The notes below the pieces were generated by a model. It made no database searches and had not been told where the DNA came from. It saw only the letters and a list, made by a program, of their open reading frames with translations. DNA of 62,325 bases, filler included. It is 6 parts of 6 records of this genome, joined end to end, with 100 filler letters (N's around TTAATTAATTAA, not from the genome) between each part and the next. Parts side by side here need not be neighbours in the genome. Positions count along the whole stretch, not along the records: positions 14,803 to 23,240 come from SRR31147125_5694; positions 23,341 to 30,994 come from SRR31147125_5703; 4 more parts are not named here. One strand, given 5' to 3'. This document shows positions 18,114 to 28,287 of this stretch, piece by piece. The first letter of the stretch is position 1; each line of letters starts with the position of its first letter. Position numbers and translations under genes: made by a program.

Positions 18114-19423
18114 GTCCTATGATGGTAGGCGTGATCGGTATTTTGATCATGCTGGTGATTTTCATGACCCGGATGCCCGTCGCATTTGTGATGACGTTGG
18201 TCGGTTTCGTCGGTTTCGGTTGTTTGATCAATTTTAATGCCTCGTTGACGCTGCTTCCGAGAATTTTTTACGACTCATTTTCATCCTACGCATTAACGAC
18301 CATTCCCTTGTTCGTTCTAATGGGGCAGTTGGCATTCAACGGAGGAATCAGTCGTAAACTATACAATACCGCCTACACATTCCTGGGCAATGTAAATGGC
18401 GGCCTTGCCATGACCACCGTGAGTGCCTGTACGGCGTTTGGCGCGGTCTGCGGATCGAGCCCTGCCACAGCTGCCACCATGGCAACGGTCGGGATGCCGG
18501 AAATGAGACGATTCGGCTACTCCGACTCACTTTCCGCCGGCTCCGTGGCTTCGGGCGGAGGACTGGGGATGATCATGCCGCCGAGTGTGGTACTGATCAT
18601 TTACGGTGTTCTGACGGAGCAGTCCATTGGAGCACTTTTTATTGCAGGCATTCTGCCCGCCATTGTCATGACCATTCTTTTTATTATAGCCATCTTCTGG
18701 ACGTGTAAAAAGGATCCGGAACAGGGACCAAAGGGCGAAAAATTTACATTGAATCAAAAATTAAAATCCCTTGCAGGGCTTGCCGATACATTGATCGTTT
18801 TCCTACTGGTCATCAGCGGTCTTTTTTTCGGCTATTTTACACCGACGGAATCGGCAGCCGTAGGGGTTGCCGGCGTTTTGGCCGTATCCATTATCAGAAA
18901 GCAGCTGACATGGAAGGCGTTTGTGAAATCCCTTTATGAGACCCTTCAAACTTCTTGCATGATTTTATTTTTGGTGGCAGGGGCGGTTGTATTTGGAAAA
19001 TTCCTTGCAGTAACACGAATTCCGTTTGAAATTGCCACCTGGCTCAGTGGATTCGAGATCCCAGCATTCCTTCTTATCAGTCTCATTATGGTTATATATT
19101 TTTTAGGAGGCTGTTTTATGGATGCTTTGGGACTTGTGATGTTGACGATCCCCATTTTTTATCCTGTGGTGATCGAGCTGGGCTACGATCCCATCTGGTT
19201 TGGCATCATGATCGTCCTTGTTACCGGAATGGGTGTTATCACCCCTCCGGTAGGCATCAATGTCTATGTGGTGTATGGTGTCTCTCAGAGTGTGGTTGGG
19301 GGGATTTCCCTTGAGGAGATATTTAAGGGAATTTTTCCGTTTTTGATCGCAACGCTTGTAGGAGTTATTTTGATGATGGTTATTCCTCAGATAATCTTGA
19401 TTCTTCCCAATTTGATGTACTGA
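18110..19423 (+). CDS. dctM: TRAP large permease
   Basis: IPLFVLMG, GMIMPPS, GVITPPVG. Confidence 0.93.
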   Translation: MSPMMVGVIGILIMLVIFMTRMPVAFVMTLVGFVGFGCLINFNASLTLLPRIFYDSFSSYALTTIPLFVLMGQLAFNGGISRKLYNTAYTFLGNVNGGLAMTTVSACTAFGAVCGSSPATAATMATVGMPEMRRFGYSDSLSAGSVASGGGLGMIMPPSVVLIIYGVLTEQSIGALFIAGILPAIVMTILFIIAIFWTCKKDPEQGPKGEKFTLNQKLKSLAGLADTLIVFLLVISGLFFGYFTPTESAAVGVAGVLAVSIIRKQLTWKAFVKSLYETLQTSCMILFLVAGAVVFGKFLAVTRIPFEIATWLSGFEIPAFLLISLIMVIYFLGGCFMDALGLVMLTIPIFYPVVIELGYDPIWFGIMIVLVTGMGVITPPVGINVYVVYGVSQSVVGGISLEEIFKGIFPFLIATLVGVILMMVIPQIILILPNLMY

Positions 19424-19453
19424 CAGCCGATAAAAAGGATGCATGTTAAACGA

Positions 19454-19494
19454 AAAAGGCCCCCTCTCTCAGTAGAGTGGGCCTTTTCTTTTTT
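19454..19494. terminator. Intrinsic terminator after dctM
   Basis: AAAAGGCCC...GGGCCTTTT plus T tract. Confidence 0.7.
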
Positions 19495-19609
19495 ACAAAC
19501 ATATTAACTTTAAGCCGGTTAATTTTTTTAACAGGCTCTCCCCGTGAGAAGTCCCTGATAACGGTCATTTTGCGATCCAATATCAAGGGACTGAATTGTT
19601 AAACAGGCT

Positions 19610-20005
19610 CTAATGGACTGTTAAAATCTGGCAGGGCGCCTCAAGTATAATGAACTGGGTATTTGACCCAAAAAAGAATTTACCCAGTTTTGATCGTTTC
19701 TGGATGGACATGATCAATTCATCAATATTGTGATTTTCGATGTGTTGAACAACGGCTTCTCCAGGCGTCATAGTGGTCTGAATGACCTTTACCTCACATT
19801 CTACTCCTGCGGAATCAAAATATAACATTTTAAACTTTTTAATTTTTTCTCGTTCGTTTTCCAAAATCTTAGTAGGCAATTCACTGCTCTCTTCAATCAC
19901 GGAGATCAATTCCACCGATGCGTTGAACGCCTTGGCATGGGTCACGGCCGTTTCAACAGCTTTTTGATCGCCTTCACTGTGTTTACAATAAACAAGAATT
20001 TTCAT
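19610..20005 (-). CDS. Universal stress protein
   Basis: MKILV..., KRSKLGKFFFGSNTQFIILEAPCQIL. Confidence 0.88.
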   Translation of the reverse strand: MKILVYCKHSEGDQKAVETAVTHAKAFNASVELISVIEESSELPTKILENEREKIKKFKMLYFDSAGVECEVKVIQTTMTPGEAVVQHIENHNIDELIMSIQKRSKLGKFFFGSNTQFIILEAPCQILTVH

Positions 20006-20182
20006 GCTTAATTCATCCTTCCTAAGTTAGAATCAATATATTTCTGCTTTATATCAGGTGGAAAGGGCATGTTCCATACTCCATCAAAGTACTTTGCACT
20101 TTGCTGAGCCAGGCCGTCGAAAACCGGACACCTTCCTCTTGAAAGTGAAAAGCGGGAAAAGAAGCATACCCTCAACGCCTTC

Positions 20183-21043
20183 TTATTCATAAAATTTTAT
20201 TTTGTCCGGATGCGGCGGCATCTCCTGATCCGCGGACAATTTATTCAGAATTTTTTGACTGATCCCCATTTCCCGAGCCAAAAAATGGTGCCTTGCCATT
20301 TCATCCATGGGGGTACTGACGGCTTTTCCTGAAGCATCAATGAGAACCCGATGACCAAATGCGATGCCTTTTACAGTCGATGCGTCGTTTAATCTACCAT
20401 ATAGGGAATAGTTGAACGGTCCCCAGATGCGTGTTTTTTCGTTATATTCAATAAATGTTTCTCTAGAGGCACCCAAGTATTCGATTCGACAAATGCATCC
20501 GGATAACAGATGAAGAGGATACCATTGAAAATGTTGCTTTTCATCCTCAGTGAAGCTTTCAATACTCCATGCCGAGGGTTTAATGGCTGAAGCACGATCT
20601 CCATCGTCAAGGGGAAATGGACTGCCGTGAAGCATCGATGTGTCTACCAAATACCGAATTCCATTACAATACGCAATGACCGTACCGTGATTCGGAGCGA
20701 CATCCGGAGCCACAAGCATGGTGGCAACGCCCCGCTGAACCTCAAATCCAAGGGTGTGAAGTAAAGTAAATAGGGCATCGCTACCTGCCCAGCAGGTACC
20801 ACCGGTGCCGTTTTGGAGCCATCCTTCAAAAAAATCGATGGGATCGTATCCGGGAAGAGGGGAGGGGTTTTGTTCGCTCAAATGAATCAATTTTCGCACA
20901 TTGTCAAATGGAATATGGCGGCACCAGGCATCGTAAATTTCATGCAATCCATTAAGATTAAGAGGTGGCGATGCATCAATTCTCAATTTGGATAAAATCT
21001 GCCAGACAAGTTCCTCTTTGAGCTGTTTTTCTTCTTTGATCAT
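20183..21043 (-). CDS. Arylamine N-acetyltransferase family protein
   Basis: HIPFDN, GGTC (Cys), NHG (His), YLVD (Asp) triad. Confidence 0.8.
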   Translation of the reverse strand: MIKEEKQLKEELVWQILSKLRIDASPPLNLNGLHEIYDAWCRHIPFDNVRKLIHLSEQNPSPLPGYDPIDFFEGWLQNGTGGTCWAGSDALFTLLHTLGFEVQRGVATMLVAPDVAPNHGTVIAYCNGIRYLVDTSMLHGSPFPLDDGDRASAIKPSAWSIESFTEDEKQHFQWYPLHLLSGCICRIEYLGASRETFIEYNEKTRIWGPFNYSLYGRLNDASTVKGIAFGHRVLIDASGKAVSTPMDEMARHHFLAREMGISQKILNKLSADQEMPPHPDKIKFYE

Positions 21044-21130
21044 GGTATACTCATATGTATCCGATAAGATAAATACCCAACCACCAAAATCCCCGCCCAT
21101 GGCGAGGGGAGAAGGGAGATTCTTTTTACT

Positions 21131-22351
21131 GTGACAGAGCAATTGGTAGACCATCCGCTGGAAATTATAGGAATCATCAGCGCATGTGGGGGTGGAGATT
21201 GGCCGCCACTCATTTCAGCAGCCAAAGCGATGCAGCTTCACGGGCATCATATCACCATGATTTATGATGCCGATACGGAAGAGGCCGTTCAAGACGCCGG
21301 ACTCGGCGGCATTCGCCTTCCGACTCATTTGGATCTTGCCGGTTTTTTCAATCCGGTACTCAACGATATTCTCTCCTCCGGGAAAGATATTCTTAGCTCC
21401 ACCATCAATCCCCTTGAAACGTGGGGAGAACAATGTACCGATTTTCTCTCTCCGTATCTAGAAACGAAAAAAAACTCCCAGATACTCACCTCTTTATTGT
21501 GCATTACCCTTGGAAGAGAACTGGCAAATCGATTGGATATACCTTGGTGTTTTATCAACCCGGCATTCTATTTCGGTGACAAAGAGAGATCCCCCGAAAA
21601 AAAGGATTTTTCGTATCACGGTGTTCAAATGTACGAGCATTGGTTGCTGCCATCTCTCCAAAAGGCATCAATGGTTCTTCATGCTACGGATTATATTTTC
21701 GACAGATCGCCGTCCCCTCTGCCGTCCAACCATTTTTATACCGGCCCTCTTTTTTGGGAAACGCAGATGAAACTGCCCAATGCACTCGACCTTCAGGGGC
21801 CTCCATGGATCATCATTTCATTGAGCACAGCCCCCCAACAGAGCGATATCGACATCGTACATGCTGCCATTGGTGCACTCGCCGTTCTGAACAGCTCAGC
21901 CCTTCCAAACAATGATATGAGAGTACTGGTCACCCTTGCAGGTCACGAGCCAACAACTTTGAAAGCGCTGTCACGGCACTACTCAAATCATCACCCGTTT
22001 CAAGAGCTCTTATTTACCGGATACATTCCCCACAGTGCGGTGTTGCCCAACTGTCGCCTGAGCATCAGTCATGCCGGCCACGGTACGGTGATGAAATCCA
22101 TCTTACACGGCGTCCCCATGGTGCTGATTCCCTGGGGAAGGGATCAACCCGGCGTAGCATCCAGAGCAGATGGGCTGGGAGTGGCTTCGGTTGTTCAAAA
22201 ACGTGAATGTACCATTTCGTCTCTTGCCAAGGCGATCGATGATGTGTCGACTGCTTCCAAAATACGGCACAAATCAAAACTGGAATCCACTCGATTACAA
22301 AAGATAGACAGTACGGCTATTACATGTCATCACTTGATGTGCCTGCCTTAA
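21131..22351 (+). CDS. GT1-family (UDP-glycosyltransferase/MGT-like) glycosyltransferase
   Basis: YIPHSAVLP...SHAGHGTV...GVPMVLIPWGRDQ signature. Confidence 0.85.
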   Translation: MTEQLVDHPLEIIGIISACGGGDWPPLISAAKAMQLHGHHITMIYDADTEEAVQDAGLGGIRLPTHLDLAGFFNPVLNDILSSGKDILSSTINPLETWGEQCTDFLSPYLETKKNSQILTSLLCITLGRELANRLDIPWCFINPAFYFGDKERSPEKKDFSYHGVQMYEHWLLPSLQKASMVLHATDYIFDRSPSPLPSNHFYTGPLFWETQMKLPNALDLQGPPWIIISLSTAPQQSDIDIVHAAIGALAVLNSSALPNNDMRVLVTLAGHEPTTLKALSRHYSNHHPFQELLFTGYIPHSAVLPNCRLSISHAGHGTVMKSILHGVPMVLIPWGRDQPGVASRADGLGVASVVQKRECTISSLAKAIDDVSTASKIRHKSKLESTRLQKIDSTAITCHHLMCLP

Positions 22352-22378
22352 AGACCAAAGAAGATAGAAGCGGGATAC

Positions 22379-22576
22379 TTAAGCTGCTACGGCTGCTTTC
22401 TCAGCATGGGTCTCTATTTGACACTCTTTGATCTCCCAGCCAACGCCCCTTCTACTGCTCGATTGTTCAATATAGGCTTCGGCATCCATTTTTGTGCTGA
22501 AAATTTTATCCAAGGCACCGTTGCCGCATGCACCGCACTGCATGGGATCGAATCTCATTACAACAAATACAGTCAT
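22379..22576 (-). CDS. Small hypothetical protein with CxxC
   Basis: AAGGTG RBS, 65 aa, CGAC. Confidence 0.6.
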   Translation of the reverse strand: MTVFVVMRFDPMQCGACGNGALDKIFSTKMDAEAYIEQSSSRRGVGWEIKECQIETHAEKAAVAA

Positions 22577-22720
22577 TATGTCACCTTTTTATTTAATATA
22601 ATGAAAAATTGTATGAATTTTAGCATGCAATTATTTAAAGATCAACTTTCATTTCTACAATTCAGTAATATAATTTGACATCCCACAAACCAACAATTGC
22701 TTTTTAAAGGATAATTAAAT

Positions 22721-23050
22721 ATGAACCGTGTTGACATAATCGATCCGGCTGTGGCTGAAATGAAAAAAAGAAAAGGAGAGGGTATGAAGGAAAAGATAGT
22801 TGAAAAGGAATCTTTTGGCGAGAAATGGCCTTTTACCGTTGACAAAGGGGTTTTGATCAATCGAAAAGGGGCCGTCACTTTTAAACACGATACGAAAGAG
22901 TATGGACTCAACGGTGACGCGTTGACCCGGGGATACGCCCATATTGAACCGATATGGAAAGCAAGTGATGAGGTTCCGGATTGTATGCAGGGAAAATCAT
23001 CCATAAAAATGTCATTGAAAGAAATTATCATATTAGGGTTGAATTTATGA
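22721..23050 (+). CDS. Hypothetical protein (YebY/DUF2511-like)
   Basis: FGEKWPFTVDKG...YGLNG...IEPIW. Confidence 0.55.
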   Translation: MNRVDIIDPAVAEMKKRKGEGMKEKIVEKESFGEKWPFTVDKGVLINRKGAVTFKHDTKEYGLNGDALTRGYAHIEPIWKASDEVPDCMQGKSSIKMSLKEIIILGLNL

Positions 23051-23240
23051 CTTTGTCTATGTCGTTTTCATCGAAATTGAGATCAGGGACTCTGCAGTTC
23101 TCAAAACAGTTCATTGTTGACAGAAAGATGCTCCGGATAACCGCATTTTCCCCCGAGTATGACACCACCCAGCACATGCTTTTTGCTTCTACTCAGGCTT
23201 TTCCCGCCACTTCCTAACCCAGCCGAGCTGGATAAGTACC

Positions 23241-23340
23241 NNNNNNNNNNNNNNNNNNNNNNNNNNNNNNNNNNNNNNNNNNNNTTAATTAATTAANNNN
23301 NNNNNNNNNNNNNNNNNNNNNNNNNNNNNNNNNNNNNNNN
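23241..23340. other. Artificial contig linker
   Basis: N44-TTAATTAATTAA-N44. Confidence 0.98.
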
Positions 23341-23385
23341 TTTTCCTGTAGCATTGAATGAAGTCTTTTCATTTTTTATTGTCAT
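23341..23385 (-). CDS. rpsI: 30S ribosomal protein S9, N-terminal fragment
   Basis: GAGG RBS, MTIKNEKTSFNATGK, directly downstream of rplM. Confidence 0.75.
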
Positions 23386-23402
23386 TACGAAACCTCTATT
23401 AA

Positions 23403-23837
23403 TTAACTGTTAACATTAACTTCTGTTGGAGTCTGAGCTGAATGAGGATGATTATCATCAGCGTAGACTTTAAGTTTCTTAAGAACTTTTTTGTTCAGGT
23501 AGTTCTTAGGAAGCATACCCTTAACCGCTTTCTTGATTAGATCTTCCGGATGTTTCTGAAGCAACTTTTCTGCAGTGATTTCTTTGATTCCACCCATGTA
23601 ACCGCTGTGGCTATAGTAGGTTTTGTTTGCAGTTTTGTTACCGGACAATTTAATCTGAGCAGCATTTACAACTACAACAAAATCACCTGTATCAACGTGA
23701 GGTGTGTATGTTGGACGGTGCTTGCCTCTCAAAATATTTGCGATTTCTGTGGCAGCTCTGCCTAGAGGTTTGTCTTTTACATCAACTACTACCCAACCTC
23801 TGTTTACTTCTTCTTTTTTTGCCATGTACGTACTCAT
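23403..23837 (-). CDS. rplM: 50S ribosomal protein L13
   Basis: [26 protein letters not shown]. Confidence 0.97.
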   Translation of the reverse strand: MSTYMAKKEEVNRGWVVVDVKDKPLGRAATEIANILRGKHRPTYTPHVDTGDFVVVVNAAQIKLSGNKTANKTYYSHSGYMGGIKEITAEKLLQKHPEDLIKKAVKGMLPKNYLNKKVLKKLKVYADDNHPHSAQTPTEVNVNS

Positions 23838-24000
23838 TATTCTCTCCAAATATATAGATGTCCCTAAAATTGAAAAACGGCGTGAAACCTATACTCTAGG
23901 TTGTGCATTGTCAAGCTATTTATAGGGTTATTAAGCATTTATGTTGATATTTTTTGAAAATGAGTGTTAAAATCCGAATCCGTTAAACAGGGGAGGGTCT

Positions 24001-24561
24001 ATGGGTCAAGATGTTGAATTTATCAGTGCTGATAGGGTTCAGCCGGTACCTACCAAAAATGAGGTTTCTTTTGTTGTTCCGCAGTTCGAAATTGTGAACT
24101 ATTTTTCGGAAATTCGGTCAAAAAATGAGGCGATCGAGGGATTTTTTAAGTATGCAGGTCAATGTTTCTCAAATTTGGCTGTTTTTTCAGTATTTTCGCG
24201 TTCTATGCAGTTTTTAAAGGGGGAAGGCGAAAATATTAAGGAAAATCCACAGATTTCAGCTTGTAATGTCGATGTAAATACAATTATTCGCAGAGTTATC
24301 ATCAATAAATTTCCATATAGAGGCAAAATTCCAGTCGGAAAAGATGAAAAGAACCTCTTTAGTAAGTATTTTAAGACATATTCAGAGGAAATTTTTGTAT
24401 ATCCAGGAAATATCAGGGGAGAAGAGACCGATATTCTCTTTTACGCCGACGGAAATAAGTTTGATAGAGAGCCCTCTTTGGCCACTTTTGAGTATATTGT
24501 CGAGAAAACAGTCTTGTCTCTAAAGCTACTTTGGGTTCAAAAACAACTAGTTACTATTTAA
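24001..24561 (+). CDS. Hypothetical protein
   Basis: GGGAGG RBS, 186-aa ORF, no recognised motif. Confidence 0.65.
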   Translation: MGQDVEFISADRVQPVPTKNEVSFVVPQFEIVNYFSEIRSKNEAIEGFFKYAGQCFSNLAVFSVFSRSMQFLKGEGENIKENPQISACNVDVNTIIRRVIINKFPYRGKIPVGKDEKNLFSKYFKTYSEEIFVYPGNIRGEETDILFYADGNKFDREPSLATFEYIVEKTVLSLKLLWVQKQLVTI

Positions 24562-25708
24562 AAGGTGATATTTCTCTTAACCTTTTTATGATCGGCGGAA
24601 GCTTCTCTATTATATAGTCCACCTCATCTTCATTATTGTAGACAGAAAAGCTGAATCGAATTGAGCCATGAGCCATTGTAAATGGTATATCCATGGCTCT
24701 TAGGACATGTGATGGCTCTAGAGAGCCTGATGTGCAGGCTGACCCGGAAGAAGCACAGATTCCAAATTCATTCATCATTAACAAAATAGCTTCTCCTTCA
24801 ATAAATTCAAAGGCAATGCTTGTGGTGTTAGGTAGGCGATTAATTTTGTCACCATTCAATTTAGCATTAGGTATTGTTTCGAGAATTTTAGTTTCGAGCT
24901 TGTCTCTTAACTTTTTAACATAATCATTTTCTTTTTTTACATTTTTGAGGGCAAGTTCGCAGGCTTCACCAAATCCAATAATTCCCGGGACGTTCTCGGT
25001 TCCTCCTCTGCGGCCTCTCTCCTGGTGTCCGCCAACTATCAGAGGTTTATATTTTGTTCCTCTCTTGATGTATAGAAAACCGATACCTTTTGGGCCATGA
25101 AGTTTATGTCCCGAAACAGATAGAAAGTCGATAGGTGTTTTCTGTACATCGATTGGAATTTTCCCAGCTGCTTGAACTGCATCTGTATGAAATAGAATTC
25201 TTGAGTCAGAGCAAATTTTGGCGATCTCTTCAATTGGGAAGATAACCCCTGTTTCGTTGTTAGCCCACATGATTGAGACGAGGGCTGTGTCATCATCAAT
25301 TGCGTTCTTTAAATCCTCTATATTTATCTGTCCTTCTCGGTTGACTCTTAGTTCGACTATTTCGTAACCCTCTTCACCAAGTTGTTGGACTAGATTTCTA
25401 ACCGCTGGGTGTTCAACGGAGGTTGTTATGATCTTCTTTTTATCGGGATGAGTTTTTAAGGCTGAAATGATAGCTGCATTGTCACTCTCTGTTCCACCGC
25501 TAGTGATGACTATCTCAGAAGCACGTTTTGCATTGATAAGCTTTGCCATCTGTTCGCGAGCTTTTTCTATGTGCTTTCCGACTTCTCCGCCAAAGGTGTG
25601 CATGCTAGATGGATTTCCCCAAAAATCTTTATAGAAAGGTAACATTTTTTCGATGACTTCTGGAGCAACCTTTGTTGTTGCATTGTTATCTATATATATT
25701 GTTTTCAT
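24554..25708 (-). CDS. nifS: Cysteine desulfurase NifS
   Basis: YIDNNATT, SGHKLHGPKG, SSGSACTSGSLEPSHVL. Confidence 0.95.
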   Translation of the reverse strand: MKTIYIDNNATTKVAPEVIEKMLPFYKDFWGNPSSMHTFGGEVGKHIEKAREQMAKLINAKRASEIVITSGGTESDNAAIISALKTHPDKKKIITTSVEHPAVRNLVQQLGEEGYEIVELRVNREGQINIEDLKNAIDDDTALVSIMWANNETGVIFPIEEIAKICSDSRILFHTDAVQAAGKIPIDVQKTPIDFLSVSGHKLHGPKGIGFLYIKRGTKYKPLIVGGHQERGRRGGTENVPGIIGFGEACELALKNVKKENDYVKKLRDKLETKILETIPNAKLNGDKINRLPNTTSIAFEFIEGEAILLMMNEFGICASSGSACTSGSLEPSHVLRAMDIPFTMAHGSIRFSFSVYNNEDEVDYIIEKLPPIIKRLREISPFK

Positions 25709-26543
25709 TATTTGACCTCGATAACTTTTAGTCTGGGAGAGACCTTGTTTTTAAGCTTCTGTTCAACGAAGTTTTTCATCGTATTCTGAGCTGCTACGCA
25801 AGTTGCGCAGGCTCCGGCAAGTTTCATGTAGACATTGTCACCATCAACGTCGATTAATTCAATGTCGCCGCCGTCATGTTGTAGAGCTGGTCTGATCTCT
25901 TCGTTAACCACTTTTTGAATCAGTCCAATCTTCTCAAGGTTTGTAAGTTTCTTTTTCTTCTGTGTTCGCTCAACGCTCTCTTCCTCGATTGAGCTTATAA
26001 TTGCTTCAATTTTTGGGTGACATTCCTTGCACGCGCCGCCAGCTTTTGTATGGTCAGTGACTTGCTCTAGTGTGGTTAAATCATTCTCTTTTATAGCCTG
26101 AATAATTTCATTTTTTGTTATGCCAAAACAGTTACAGGTAACTTCACCTTCAAGCACCTTTTTGTCTTTTGGTTTCTCTCCTCTATAGTTCTTGATAGCC
26201 TCTTGAAGTGCTTCGCGTCCCATGACTGAACAGTGCATCTTGGCTTCTGGTAATCCGCCGAGGTAATCAGCGATGTCTTTGTTTGTTACCTTTTCGGCTT
26301 CCTCAACAGTTTTCCCTTTTACAATTTCAGTAAGGGCTGAGCTGGAAGCAATTGCGCTTGCGCAACCAAAGGTTTTAAATTTTACATCTTTGATATGTCT
26401 TTTTTTATCCAATTTAAATGTAAGACGAAGTGCGTCTCCACAGGCTAGTGATCCAACTTCACCAAAACCATCGGGGTTTTCTATTTCGCCTACATTCTTT
26501 GGGTGTAAGAAATGATCCATTACTTTTTTGAATAGTTCCACAT
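25708..26543 (-). CDS. nifU: Fe-S scaffold NifU (three-domain); start 26543 with a 1-nt deletion in an A run
   Basis: ACGD, FGCASA, KMHCS, CNC..GACKEC, GACATC; GGAG + ATG gives MWNYSK/KVMDHF if one A is restored. Confidence 0.92.
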
Positions 26544-26558
26544 ACTGTTCTCCGTAAA

Positions 26559-27041
26559 TTAAAGTACAACCTTCATTAATGAAGGCATGGTCTTGTTTTG
26601 TTTTTCTAAACATTTTTTACATTTTACGATTTCTGATCTCTCAACGAAAGAAGGGCATGTTTCTATAATATTTATGAGAGCTCTGAATTCGTTGACTGCA
26701 GATTGATATTCATTAATCTTCTTCTGAAATTGATCCATTCGCATTTTTAATAGTTCCATCAGGTCTTTCACTGATTTATCGCTTGTGGAATAGTTTTTTA
26801 TTTCGGAAAGATCTTTGATCTCTTCGAGTGTAAGACCCAGTTCTTTTAGTTTGATAATGGTTTTGAGTTTATCTAATTCGATTTCTGAATATTCTCTGTA
26901 CCCTCCATCAGATCTGCGCGTGGATATGAGTCCAAGCTCTTCATAATATCGTATTGTTCTAGCGGAGACATTGAGCTGTTTTGCTATAGTCCCAATCCGA
27001 TAGTATTTGATGGTATCCATATTGTTATTTTTTGTCTTCAC
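26559..27041 (-). CDS. MerR-family regulator with C-terminal Cys cluster
   Basis: RIGTIAKQLNVSARTIRYYEELGL; C-terminal TCP...KCKKC. Confidence 0.88.
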   Translation of the reverse strand: MKTKNNNMDTIKYYRIGTIAKQLNVSARTIRYYEELGLISTRRSDGGYREYSEIELDKLKTIIKLKELGLTLEEIKDLSEIKNYSTSDKSVKDLMELLKMRMDQFQKKINEYQSAVNEFRALINIIETCPSFVERSEIVKCKKCLEKQNKTMPSLMKVVL

Positions 27042-27057
27042 ACGGAGCTATATAGGG

Positions 27058-27081
27058 AACCTTAACGTTAATGTCAAGGTT
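27058..27081 (-). promoter_or_regulatory. MerR-type operator overlapping the -35 of the merR-nifU-nifS promoter
   Basis: AACCTTGACATTAACGTTAAGGTT (minus strand), dyad at 20 of 24 positions, contains TTGACA. Confidence 0.75.
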
Positions 27082-27100
27082 GTTTAGCCTCTTTTTTGAA

Positions 27101-27586
27101 TTATTTGTAATTATAGCTATTTTCTGCTTTGAGAAGCCTCTTTTTGATACTGAGATCACCCGAGAAACCTCCAACTCCTGTGGTTGATACGATTCGATGA
27201 CAGGGGATTACCAAAGGGATGGGGTTTGCCCCACATGCATTCCCAACTGCCCTAGAGGCTTTCGGTTTGCCGATGTTTTTGGCTATCTCTGAATACGTTT
27301 TAACTTGTCCAGAAGGGATCTTTTTCAGCTCATTCCAGACTTTTTCCTGAAAAGGAGTGCCTGAAATGTCCAAATTGATGGGAAAAGCACCTGTTTTGCC
27401 CTCAAAATATGAAGAAAACCACTCATTTAGGCTAGAATTAAACGGTTTTTTTGTGAAATATGAGTTTTTATAGTCGCTTTTGCAGACTTTTCCGAAATTT
27501 AACTTTTCTACTCCATTGGATCCCACAATTATATTAATATGTCCAGCAGGTTCAAAATAACCTTCGTAAACAATAAATTTGTTCAT
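27101..27586 (-). CDS. ogt: Methylated-DNA-protein-cysteine methyltransferase
   Basis: GTPFQEKVW, RAVGNAC, IPCHRI. Confidence 0.92.
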   Translation of the reverse strand: MNKFIVYEGYFEPAGHINIIVGSNGVEKLNFGKVCKSDYKNSYFTKKPFNSSLNEWFSSYFEGKTGAFPINLDISGTPFQEKVWNELKKIPSGQVKTYSEIAKNIGKPKASRAVGNACGANPIPLVIPCHRIVSTTGVGGFSGDLSIKKRLLKAENSYNYK

Positions 27587-27781
27587 AAATTCTATATGTA
27601 ATGAAGTCCTCCTCTTATCAATAGTTTTCTTTGCTTGAGGTCCTTTTTTTCCGTCAAAATATTGACCGATCATTTTGAGAAGCGACAATCTTATTTACCA
27701 ATTTGAAAGGGGTAACGATTTACTACAAAAAATAATAATCAATAAATACAAATAGTTATAAGGGGGTTTTGACGGACCCTG

Positions 27782-27797
27782 TGGCATGGATTGTGCA
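27782..27797 (+). promoter_or_regulatory. Putative sigma54 (-24/-12) promoter
   Basis: TGGCATGGATTGTGCA = GG-N10-GC. Confidence 0.55.
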
Positions 27798-27842
27798 AAT
27801 TCATAGGATTGATGCGAGTTAACTTAAATAGGGGGAGTGATT

Positions 27843-28238
27843 ATGAAACATAGGTCACTTAAAAATAGGACAGTTGAAGTCATGAAAACAGAAAACAAGA
27901 AACGTCTCTCACCCATAGAAATGATAAAAATTCATGGTGGTAAGGCTCATAAAGTTGCCGGCACAGCTGGGCGCGAGGCCGATTCGATGCTCGCTGTCTA
28001 TAGGGACCGGTTTACGTATACATTTATTATGAACAATGAGGTCGCTTCCATTCATTTTGACAGAAACAAGGGAAAGATCTTTTTTAGTGGCCACAATATT
28101 CAGAATATGAATCTGGGTGATGGCCACCTTAAGTCACTAAAATCACTTATTTCTATACTGGAAACCGATCCTGAAGGAATTGAATTAAAATCATCCTACG
28201 AAGCAACTTTAGGGGGTCTTCTAGCCGATAATAAATAA
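27843..28238 (+). CDS. Hypothetical protein
   Basis: GGGGGAG RBS; ORF of about 130 aa. Confidence 0.65.
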   Translation: MKHRSLKNRTVEVMKTENKKRLSPIEMIKIHGGKAHKVAGTAGREADSMLAVYRDRFTYTFIMNNEVASIHFDRNKGKIFFSGHNIQNMNLGDGHLKSLKSLISILETDPEGIELKSSYEATLGGLLADNK

Positions 28239-28287
28239 GGGATTTTTCCGCAAATAGGGTCTCTGGGGAGAGAAAAAGGACAAATTG

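Noticed and set aside
23030-23240. Minus-strand frame with an in-frame TGA (possible selenocysteine)
   Set aside because: Also interrupted by TAG, no recognisable family or SECIS, and at a contig edge
24554-26543. Nitrogen fixation cluster
   Set aside because: Only nifU/nifS; they act as general Fe-S assembly genes in many anaerobes
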